DNA of 64,000 nucleotides, taken from a virus. Its lineage: Duplodnaviria > Caudoviricetes. Location: the IMG/VR virus record IMGVR_UViG_3300033066_001396, positions 60,567-124,566 of that record; one strand, 5' to 3'. Positions 28,082-37,500 of this stretch are shown piece by piece. Under the pieces are notes generated by a model. That model did no database searches. It had not been told where the DNA came from and was given only the letters and a program-made list of their open reading frames with translations. The stretch's first letter is position 1. Each line of letters starts with the position of its first letter. The translations under genes and the position numbers were made by a program.

Positions 28082-28322
28082 CTACGGCCATGCACTCCTG
28101 ACCAGCGAACCTTTTATATCAGAGACCTTTAAAGACCACTGGATAGGTGGTAATCCGGCGTATATAGACATGCACTCCTCGTTGGTAGGGCAACAAGGAA
28201 CGATTGTAGAGGTCGATAATGGCGTACTGTATGGCGATGGAAGTATTGTGTTTAGTTATGCCATTGGTGACCTGGAAAAATACTCTCCATATCATGAAGA
28301 TCAGTTAAAGCTAATTGAATAA
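28032..28322 (+). CDS. Hypothetical protein (SH3/KOW-like start)
   Basis: PKFKVGDKVEI. Confidence 0.65.
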   Translation: MNEKPKFKVGDKVEIVNYGHALLTSEPFISETFKDHWIGGNPAYIDMHSSLVGQQGTIVEVDNGVLYGDGSIVFSYAIGDLEKYSPYHEDQLKLIE

Positions 28323-28334
28323 AACAAAACAAAA

Positions 28335-28535
28335 ATGGAACATTTACATTTTATGCCGGCACTTATTTCATCAGGAATTATATCTATATCATACATGACG
28401 CAGATTCCTTACATCAATCACCAAAAAGACAAAGAATGGCAAGCCTTACAGCACAGGATATACATGTGGGCAATAGTCTTTGTCTTTACATTAATATTTG
28501 TAGCTACTAATGCCAAGGTGTTGCTTAATGTATAG
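28335..28535 (+). CDS. Small membrane protein
   Basis: Two hydrophobic segments. Confidence 0.55.
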   Translation: MEHLHFMPALISSGIISISYMTQIPYINHQKDKEWQALQHRIYMWAIVFVFTLIFVATNAKVLLNV

Positions 28536-28537
28536 GT

Positions 28538-28942
28538 ATGAATAACGATATTTTAAGGGGGTTGATTTGTCCGTATTGCGGTGGAGAGACCGTGTTTACG
28601 GATAGTGCAGAGATATATCGCGGAGTATCTTATGGGATGATTTATTTATGCCGACCATGTATGGCCTATTGCGGAGTCCACAAAGGAACAAACATGTCTC
28701 TTGGAAGGATTGCCGACAAAGACCTCAGAGAGGCTAAGAAGCAAGCGCATTACTGGTTTGATCAGATCGCCAAGACCGGGAAAAAAGGTACTAGACAGAA
28801 CGCATACAGGTGGCTGGCGTCTAAGATGGGAAAAGAAGAGGAACTAACCCATATAGGAATGTTTGACATTGATGAGTGCATGGAAGTTGTAGACATTTCA
28901 AGAAACTTTTTAGAAAACAAAACAAAAAAACAGATATTATGA
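28538..28942 (+). CDS. DUF3268-like zinc-finger protein
   Basis: CPYCG, YLCRPCMAYCGVH, AHYWFD, THIGMFD. Confidence 0.85.
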   Translation: MNNDILRGLICPYCGGETVFTDSAEIYRGVSYGMIYLCRPCMAYCGVHKGTNMSLGRIADKDLREAKKQAHYWFDQIAKTGKKGTRQNAYRWLASKMGKEEELTHIGMFDIDECMEVVDISRNFLENKTKKQIL

Positions 28943-29469
28943 CATTTAAACCAATTTTAGACAAAGTGGTATATGCTACCATTGAGAAGGCACGCGGAAC
29001 CGGGATTCATCAGTCTGAGATCGTACAATCATTGCTTCAATATGACAGTGATCTAGTGATAGAAGCCATTAAAAAGCTACTTGAAAGCGGTGCTATTTAC
29101 ATAAAAAACTTTAACGCCGACAAAGCAGATCTCGTGTATGTAGATAAAATGTGGCAAGTAAGTAAAATGCCTGATTTTGGCGCTATAAACAACCCTCCTA
29201 CAATGGTTATCTTCAACCTAAAGGAGATAGACGAAAGAGAAAAAAGACTCTCCACGCATCTTGAAAAAGTCGCCAGGCGAAATCATGATGAACAGATCAG
29301 AGTCAATGTAACCGTAGATCAATTAAATGGAAGTATTGATGATCTGAAATACAAAAATCCAACTTTTGTATTTCAGGGGTATTCAGAACGATATCTTTAC
29401 TATATAATATGGGATTCGGCTTCTCTTGGTTATGGCATTGTATCACAGTCACTAAAACCAGGGTTTTAA
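28939..29469 (+). CDS. Hypothetical protein, possible N-terminal winged helix
   Basis: ATG 28939 is ATGA-coupled; GIHQSEIV..AIKKLLESGAI. Confidence 0.6.
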   Translation: MTFKPILDKVVYATIEKARGTGIHQSEIVQSLLQYDSDLVIEAIKKLLESGAIYIKNFNADKADLVYVDKMWQVSKMPDFGAINNPPTMVIFNLKEIDEREKRLSTHLEKVARRNHDEQIRVNVTVDQLNGSIDDLKYKNPTFVFQGYSERYLYYIIWDSASLGYGIVSQSLKPGF

Positions 29470-29724
29470 GTGGACAAGGAAAGCAGATATCTTCTTCAAT
29501 TGATTGACTGTAATTGTAATGACTGCATTCATATGGAGCGTGATATTGACAAATATGAATCGTTTAATCACATGCATACAGTCAACGGGATACTCGAAAA
29601 AGGTACGTGTAGGGTGCAGTATGGAAACTGCAATAAATTAAACAAACCTGTAAGCTTCATTCCCAACACCTGTCAAATAGAAACACAGGACTGTTTTAAA
29701 CATAGAAGGGAACAAAAACTTTAA
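29470..29724 (+). CDS. Cys-rich hypothetical protein
   Basis: DCNCNDC, YGNC, PNTCQ..CF. Confidence 0.65.
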   Translation: MDKESRYLLQLIDCNCNDCIHMERDIDKYESFNHMHTVNGILEKGTCRVQYGNCNKLNKPVSFIPNTCQIETQDCFKHRREQKL

Positions 29725-29727
29725 AAT

Positions 29728-29961
29728 ATGATTAAAAAAAGGCACATGAGCGTAAACCTGGAGGGAATGCTCAGGAATTACAAGGGCAAAAAAATCAATG
29801 TCATGGAAGATGACGATGGTCGAATTCTAACCGACAAAGAAGCCAGGGCGGAAATAGCAAGACTTCAGGCATTAGGACATAAGTTAATGCCCACAAATAA
29901 GAATTGCGAAGGATTTGACCCTTTCGAAAAAGGATGTCCAGGGCACGAAGTCAAAGAATGA
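29728..29961 (+). CDS. Hypothetical protein (last + strand gene)
   Basis: CEGFD..GCPGH C-terminus. Confidence 0.7.
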   Translation: MIKKRHMSVNLEGMLRNYKGKKINVMEDDDGRILTDKEARAEIARLQALGHKLMPTNKNCEGFDPFEKGCPGHEVKE

Positions 29962-29963
29962 AG

Positions 29964-30914
29964 TTATCCGAAAATAGATCGAAACAACTTCTTAAGCCAA
30001 CCCACCTTAACAACGGGCTGTCCTCCTATCCCGGCAAATGAAGGCTGAATTAGTCCATAGCCATAAGCATTGTCAAATCCACTATTACCCAGGTCCTTTA
30101 CAGAGCCTTTGGTGATGTCCGAATAGCAGGTAAAGAAATCGGGCCTTTTGCCGTAGACAAGTCGCTCATGCTCCCCGTATAAAGCGAGCATGCCAGTCAG
30201 GTGGGGGGTGGCCTGACTGGTGCCGCTCATCATGACGCGACGACCATTGAGGCCATCGCCGACAATATCTTTTCCTGGTGCAACCACATCAATGTCGGCG
30301 CCTCGGTTGCTGAAAGAGGCTATCAATCCAAATCTATCAACAGCACCTACAGAGAATACATCATGGTATGAAGAAGGAAAGCTTACCTTATCAGCCCCCT
30401 CGTTTCCGGATGCACAGCAAAATATCACTCCGCGCTCCACACCATATTTGAGGACATCAATGAAATCACCTACATCAATACCGCTATTGAAGGCAAAACT
30501 GCAGTTGATATAAGTGCATCCTCCATCGATAAGCCATATAGCTGCATCTTTCAGGTCCTTCACCTGGCCACCGCCACTTTGATTCATGGCCTTAGCTACC
30601 CATATCTCAGAAAATGGGGTTATGGTGCGTATGATTGAGTGGACATGAGTACCGTGACCGTGAAGGTCTTTATCTATTTCACCCGTAAAGTTCTTGTATC
30701 TAAAGATAGAGGCCGGATCTTTGTGTCCCGAGTCAATAATACCTATTCGCTCGCCGGCGCCCATAAGTCCCTTTTCATGAAGCTTATTCACTCCAATCAT
30801 ATCAAAATTATAGTCGGTGTCGGCCAACATCAGATCGTCTATTTCAAGACGATCTGATACCGGGAAATAAGCGTCACCGTAGGCTTTCCTGGAAGTTGCG
30901 GTATTTGATTGCAT
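29964..30914 (-). CDS. Subtilisin-like (S8) serine protease
   Basis: Catalytic triad motifs IGIIDSG, HGHGTHV, SGTSQATPH; oxyanion CASGN. Confidence 0.93.
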   Translation of the reverse strand: MQSNTATSRKAYGDAYFPVSDRLEIDDLMLADTDYNFDMIGVNKLHEKGLMGAGERIGIIDSGHKDPASIFRYKNFTGEIDKDLHGHGTHVHSIIRTITPFSEIWVAKAMNQSGGGQVKDLKDAAIWLIDGGCTYINCSFAFNSGIDVGDFIDVLKYGVERGVIFCCASGNEGADKVSFPSSYHDVFSVGAVDRFGLIASFSNRGADIDVVAPGKDIVGDGLNGRRVMMSGTSQATPHLTGMLALYGEHERLVYGKRPDFFTCYSDITKGSVKDLGNSGFDNAYGYGLIQPSFAGIGGQPVVKVGWLKKLFRSIFG

Positions 30915-33900
30915 TTTCTATGTTTGAGGTTGATAATTTAATTCCTAGTTTATACGCGGCCAGTGCAGCTATATTAACCTGTCCGGTTTCCGAGGCTTTT
31001 ATCCCAGGATATTTGCTAAGATCGATCTTTTTTCCGTCTACCAAAAACATACTGCTAAACGGTCTGTGAAAAGCGGCATTAATTGTCTGAATATCATTAA
31101 ATCCCTGGATATTATACTGGGTGCCTATTCGAAGTAACTCATCTCGGATGTCATCTAATCTGGCATAAGCAATATCTACCCCATATTTCCCGTCATTAAG
31201 CTTGGGGCTCCCGTAGTCAGCCCAGTTGACGGCGCTGAATCGCTCTCCTTTTAATTTATCATACTCTTGCGGATTGCGCAGCTTATCGTTAACCATGATA
31301 TCGGCATCTATACTAGCGTGTCCTTGCATGAAATAGTTTAGTTGTTGCCCTGTTTGTCCTATCATCATACCATTGATAAAATGACTTTGTATAGGAGGTA
31401 TTACATCCTGTTGAATATTAACCTGGCTACGATTGGGATCGGACTTTAACCTATATCCTCGTTGCGCATCTTCAAAAGCGTTGTAGAAAGACAGCGGCAC
31501 GTTTGAAATGGCAGCAACAGGAGATGGAACAACTATATTGGAAAGCATCTTGCCTATGTCCCCTGTCTTTAATCCAACACCTCCACCACGACGGGCATCA
31601 ATAAAGTTACCAAGTGCCTGTCTCATATCTGCTGGTCCAGTATTGAATACCGTTGTCACAAGCTGTGCATAGGCCTTGGACTTGTCCTGGGTGCGTCCAA
31701 TGTTTTTTAAGGCATAAGTCATTCTGATAGGAAGACCTGCAACCCTTGTAAGAAACGCTTTTGTCGCCGGGTTGCCTTCCCCCAGCTTATACATGTCATT
31801 GACAGCCTCATCGAATAGACTGGTGTCATCATCGTCGTCGCCTCCGCCCACGGCCCTGGCCACACCTAATATGATCAGGCTGGTAGCTATAGCGCTTAGG
31901 AATAAGAAGTTCTTTCTCCTGTATATCTCATACTCCTCCATTAACCTCATGACATCTTCGACATTAGCTGCCTGGTCGTCGTTTGTTTCCTTAATGACAT
32001 CAGTATATTTTTTCTTATACCCCTTGGTAAGAGCATCGATACGAGCCAGTAGATTTATAGTTCCTATGGCCTTGTCTGCAAATACCGCAATACCGGCTCC
32101 AAATGCAAATGGACCACCGTGTAACGCCATTTTGGCAAAGTAAGCCATTATCAGGTTCATTTTATTGGGGAAGCTATGCTTGTCAGAATATGCTTTTAAG
32201 GCTGCATTGTACTTTACACTGGCAGCCTGGCCCATAGCCGACACCCAGTTTCCGAAATAAGGTATATTGCTTTTATAGTCTTTAACCTTTTGTCCTCCCT
32301 TTCCCTTAGCCCATACATAAGGTATCTCTTTACCTAAATCAAAACGGGTAAGCCGAGAAGTGCTTTCTTTACGTGCTACAATGTGTTCAGGACTTATGTA
32401 TTTGCTCATGTCACCTGACATCATTAGGCTCATCTGGATATTCATAGCCTCTGCCTCGAGTTCCCTGGAATAGCGTGCCTTTCCTATCTTTTCGGGAGTT
32501 ATCCCTGCCTTCTTGAAAAAGTATTCTGCCAGGGCGGTTGATTTGGCCATAGCCATATCATCGAGATAAGGATTTAGCAAATTGTTTATTTCCGCAACAG
32601 TAAGTCCTTTCACCTTAAGGGCCTGGCGAAGGCCATTATAAAAGCTTCGGCGTTGACCGTAGATATAAGCAACACCATCGATAGCTGAAAGCACGCCCTG
32701 TGTATATGATCTGTATAGGGCACCTACCTTCTCGGCAAATGTTTCTGCTTCACTCCAATCCTTAAACTCCCTGTGCAGTACGTTGGGATCGGTAAGGGAT
32801 CCCTGGGCATCTAGCAGCACGTGGCCTATAAATGATCTCCACTTTTTCTCTCCCATTACACTGCGTCCAGAGACCGCCATAGTATTAATGGCCGTGCCTG
32901 TGTTCTGTAATGTGTTCCATGGATTAAAAAGGAGTGACGCCAGATAAGTTCTCTGCATCTTAGTAAGTGCTTCAAGCATGGCTACCAGCTTGCTTCCATC
33001 GGATATTGACGCTATCATTAGATCACTCATCCTGCGGTTAAGCCGTTCCAATGAACGCGAGGCCCATAGCCCAAGAGGTATATTGCCACGGTAATCAAAC
33101 TTCAACTCTGGATGATCCTTTGCGATCTCATCGTATATCGACTGGGGATCTTTCATGATCTCAGCATACTCCTTCACTATCTTATTCATCTCCTCGATAT
33201 GAGATGGCTTTACCCTGACGCCAATGATGTTAGCTGTTAGTGCATCGGTTGTAGCATCCATGCCCAATCCTTTATTATGCAGGCTTAGAAGTCTATCCAT
33301 CTCATTGATACGATGCTTCCAGGGCTTGTTGTTTAATACCATCAGGCGCCTTACAGCGTCTTTAACTGTGGGTACGGTCTTTAATTTACTCCAGCTTTGT
33401 CCTATGATATCAAAGACTGATTCAAGGTTGGGCCTCTCTGACATTGATTTCGCAGTGGCCGCATCATACCCCAATTCCTTAAGCATCTCCATCACGTGTT
33501 GACGCCCCACCGGATTGTCTTTTGTATAGTTGACAAATTTGCGCCCATCTTTTATGTCATGGAATCCATTATATATAGCTACCTCTCTTCCCATGACGTC
33601 ACGGAAAGCATTATTGCCCAACGCCTTTTGATAGGCAGTAGATTTCTTGATATTGTTAATATCATTTATCAGGGCGTCGTACACCTTACTCTTATCGCCT
33701 TTGTATCCCAGGTCATCGAGTTTTTTACTTAGCACTGACTTTAAAGCCGAAGCCATATTTTCTTCTCGGGCTAATTTGTTCCAATCTACAACCCGTATGG
33801 TTTTATTACCTTTTTTGGCGTCTTTGCCAAACTCGGAATTCTTTAAAGCATCATACAGTATCTTTTTTCTTTTACTTTCAGTGATTCCTAGGTTAAAGGC

Positions 33901-34572
33901 TGCTTCATTGATCTTTTGTATCTCATGCTCAAATTTTAACCGGGTTGCTGGATCGCTGATCTTACTGCTGATGTCAGCGAGAATGGGTTTGATAGCAGCA
34001 AATAATTCATCGGTAGTCCCGGTGAAGTCAGCGCTTTTCATTGATCGATCGAGGGCTTCTGCCAGGATATCTACGGTCTTGCCGGTCTTTCCTTCTCCTA
34101 GAATAGATTTGGCGTAGTTATAAACGGCCCCCTTTATTCTTGCTGCTTCCGATTTTACGGCTGTACTGAACATTTTATTGTTAAGGACGTTCATCAACGC
34201 AATAGCTATGGACCTAGGAGAACTTACTTTTTGAAATTTAATAGTTCCATTTTTTTCAACTGTCTTCCCTATTTTAGATAGCAGCCTACCTACTTCACCT
34301 CCAATCATTTTATCCAGACTATCGGCGGTAGTCATGAATGCGGCTATGTTGTTATTTAATCCGGTGATACGGGAGTCATTCTTAATGTCCTCATAAAGAT
34401 AAGCAGCGGACTCCAAATCTATCTCAATATCTCTGTTTTTGACAATCTCATCATATACGCTCTTGAAGTCGATATCATGATCGTTGGCCGCCAGCTTAGT
34501 TATTGATTCTATAAATAGGTCCCGAAGCGCACCCAGCGTTGTCTTATCACTTCTTAAGCAGTCTAAATTCAT
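30874..34572 (-). CDS. Large virion cargo/ejection protein (1232 aa)
   Basis: Helical, with hydrophobic segments (FLFLSAIATSLIILGVA); located in the giant-protein cluster. Confidence 0.6.
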   Translation of the reverse strand: MNLDCLRSDKTTLGALRDLFIESITKLAANDHDIDFKSVYDEIVKNRDIEIDLESAAYLYEDIKNDSRITGLNNNIAAFMTTADSLDKMIGGEVGRLLSKIGKTVEKNGTIKFQKVSSPRSIAIALMNVLNNKMFSTAVKSEAARIKGAVYNYAKSILGEGKTGKTVDILAEALDRSMKSADFTGTTDELFAAIKPILADISSKISDPATRLKFEHEIQKINEAAFNLGITESKRKKILYDALKNSEFGKDAKKGNKTIRVVDWNKLAREENMASALKSVLSKKLDDLGYKGDKSKVYDALINDINNIKKSTAYQKALGNNAFRDVMGREVAIYNGFHDIKDGRKFVNYTKDNPVGRQHVMEMLKELGYDAATAKSMSERPNLESVFDIIGQSWSKLKTVPTVKDAVRRLMVLNNKPWKHRINEMDRLLSLHNKGLGMDATTDALTANIIGVRVKPSHIEEMNKIVKEYAEIMKDPQSIYDEIAKDHPELKFDYRGNIPLGLWASRSLERLNRRMSDLMIASISDGSKLVAMLEALTKMQRTYLASLLFNPWNTLQNTGTAINTMAVSGRSVMGEKKWRSFIGHVLLDAQGSLTDPNVLHREFKDWSEAETFAEKVGALYRSYTQGVLSAIDGVAYIYGQRRSFYNGLRQALKVKGLTVAEINNLLNPYLDDMAMAKSTALAEYFFKKAGITPEKIGKARYSRELEAEAMNIQMSLMMSGDMSKYISPEHIVARKESTSRLTRFDLGKEIPYVWAKGKGGQKVKDYKSNIPYFGNWVSAMGQAASVKYNAALKAYSDKHSFPNKMNLIMAYFAKMALHGGPFAFGAGIAVFADKAIGTINLLARIDALTKGYKKKYTDVIKETNDDQAANVEDVMRLMEEYEIYRRKNFLFLSAIATSLIILGVARAVGGGDDDDDTSLFDEAVNDMYKLGEGNPATKAFLTRVAGLPIRMTYALKNIGRTQDKSKAYAQLVTTVFNTGPADMRQALGNFIDARRGGGVGLKTGDIGKMLSNIVVPSPVAAISNVPLSFYNAFEDAQRGYRLKSDPNRSQVNIQQDVIPPIQSHFINGMMIGQTGQQLNYFMQGHASIDADIMVNDKLRNPQEYDKLKGERFSAVNWADYGSPKLNDGKYGVDIAYARLDDIRDELLRIGTQYNIQGFNDIQTINAAFHRPFSSMFLVDGKKIDLSKYPGIKASETGQVNIAALAAYKLGIKLSTSNIENAIKYRNFQESLR

Positions 34573-37500
34573 TTATTTGCATTTCTTTACGGCTTCTCTT
34601 ACAGCACTTACCACTTCGGCTCCCATTGTTTTGAGGTTTTTACCAGCTGCCTTGCTTACGGAGCTGTCCATCTTTCTATGCTTCCTGTCCTGCTCTTCTT
34701 CTCCCTTAACGTAGTTAACGAAGTCAGCGGTCTCCTGGTGAGTATCTTCATCGAGATCTTCATCATCAATATCTTCGTCCAGATTGTTTTTGAACTCCTC
34801 TATCTTAGATAACCGTTCCTTAAAGATAGGATCTTTTTCCTTTGTACCCATGGCCAGGGCTCGACCAAAAGCGCTTCGCTTGTCCGCCAATCCCTTTACC
34901 AGTTCAGCCCGTAAGTCCTCATAGTATTTGGTGGTGGTGTATTTGCTGCCGGATGCTTGAAGCTCAGCGATGAAATAAATGACACCATTGGTGATCGTTT
35001 CAGCATAAATACTGTCTTTGCCGGCAGGACCGTTTAGGTAGTCGGCAATAGCCATAATGAAATCTTTTGTTCGCCCACCATATTCGTTGACATAAGCATC
35101 GTGCTGAGCTTGTATGAACTGAGCGGCATGGATAACTGACCCATTGATATCCGGCACCAGGATGTTAGGATCAATACCCTCATAATGTCCGGTAATGTCT
35201 GCCTCCCGGAACTCAGTGGCTATGTTTTTATACTGAGCAAGCAAGGCACCAAGCTTATCCAGAAACTCCTTTCTGCTTTTTGCTTCTATGGGTTCAGTGA
35301 AGCTTTCGTAATACGCTTTCTTGGCCTTAAGGTCATTGATATATTTTAAGATGGCCGGTCGATTAGCTGTATCGTTTTTGTATCGGTTATCCAAGAAGGT
35401 TATCGCGGAATCTATATCTAGCCCGTTCTCCACAAGATCCCTGGTGATATTTTTATCCAGATCCGGCTTGTTGTAGGCTTCTACATATGCCTGGATTGTT
35501 CTGGCCATGGCATGAGCCTGGTAGTTGCTTACGTTCTTGTACTGCTCTTTGATCATGGCCACGATATCGTCTTTTAGCTGTATACCTTTGGCTACTGCCA
35601 GGCGGAACAGCGCATCGATCAACTTGGCTTGACGAGCGGCATTGACCCGGGGATCATTGATGGCCCCCAATATCTTCATCTCATTGAACGCATCTCTTAC
35701 CTTGGACATGGCATTGTCTACACGCTCCTTGTTGACCTGCTTACGTGTCTTATCTTCCCGGGCATCTATTTCGTCTTTGACCTGGAATTGAGGAAGTCCT
35801 TGCGATACCTCAGCCCTTAGTTCGGGTGTTATGCCTATGGAGTGTTGGATTGAAAATAAATCTCCTCTATTTTCTTTGTTAGACATTTTATTTTCAATCC
35901 ATTTTTTTACATCTGTTATGTTATTATTGGGAGAATATATTTCTTCATTGTTGTTTCTTGAATCCCTAACCATTCCATAACCCGCATCTGTTATTGTAGG
36001 ATGTATAAATCTACCTTTTGATATATCTCCTTCTTTAATTTGTATTTCAGTTATTTTCGGTTCTTGCTTAAACAAACTCTTAGCTACATTACCTACTATG
36101 CCTAAACTGCCTTCTGCTGGTGAACCATAAAAACCTTTCATGCCTTTGCCACCTACTTTTAAGTCAAGACCTCTATACATTCCTCCACCATCATTTATTA
36201 TTTTAGTGGCTAATTCTTTACCTAAATTCGCTTCAAGTTCATTTTCTTTTAAGTATTGCGTTTCCATAGGTCTATTATCTTTATGACCTACTTCTATCTT
36301 GTAATCTCCTTTATTTGTTTTTTCAGCATTAATCCAATCCACCTGCTTACTCAAATCATACCTATCATTCTGCTGCTCTCCCGTTGTCCAAGCAATCTTA
36401 TCAGCACCTTGTTTTACTGCTTCTTTAAGAGCTACTTTTAAACCTAATTTAGTCCATGCGTTTGTGTCGGTTACGAAGGGGGCTGATGGAGTTGATTTAC
36501 TTTGCAAATCAGTAATCTTAGTCTGAATTGCATATATCTGTTCTTCAAGTAGTTTATTTTCGTTCCGTATTTTATTGTAAACATCATCAGGAGTGTCTGC
36601 TGTTATTTCCCCTTTATTTTTTTTAACTGAATCTCTAAGTTTTGTTTCTTCATCCCTTAATTTACTTATTTGTTCAGTATTTGCAAAACCGCTTTTCTTC
36701 CCTTGTTGCCCCCAATCCGATTGCACTTCTTCCAAAAACAATACCTTCTTACCTTCTGCATCTACCCTTGTATTCATTCTTAAATGAACTAATATGTTGG
36801 GTTCGTCAAAATGACTTGACTTAAATTCACCCCTATTCGTCTTCTTCCTTTGCGGAACAAATGGTTGTGCTTTGGCTATTGCTTTATCTATATCTGCATC
36901 TTTAGCTACAACTTCCCCACTTGCGTTTTCAACCTCATAAACACCTTTTCTTAGATATGCTCCCCAATCTTTTGGTAAATCAGGGATTGCACCTGTTTCG
37001 GGTGCAGGCATCGTAACCAATACCTCTTTGTAGTTTTCTTTTTCTCCTTCTAATTGGTAGTTTTCAAACTTTGTATCTTTTGTTTTTGATTCTTCTTCCT
37101 TTATTTGATTGCTTAATTCTTTAATTTTATCGTTTAATTCATACTTTTTATCTCTTGATTCTTTGTAGTTTTCATCACTCCAATTATCTAAATCGGATTC
37201 TAAAATATCAAGTTCTCTTGAAGCATTTTTTTGTTCTTCTACTAATTGATAATACTTTTCAGACTTGCCACTATTCACCACTTCAACAACTTGTATTCTA
37301 TTATCTTTTAGGTATTGTTGTATATCTGCTTTAGATACCGAACCTTGCTGTTGTGCTAACCAATCTGTTAATCCTGTCCACTTAGCCTCTTCACCTTTAC
37401 CAAATTTATCAATCCATTGCTTTACAGATAATTTATCGACCTTGGTTTCTGCGAGTGTTTTTTCGAGTGGTGAATAAAACCCGTTGACTACATCAACTCC

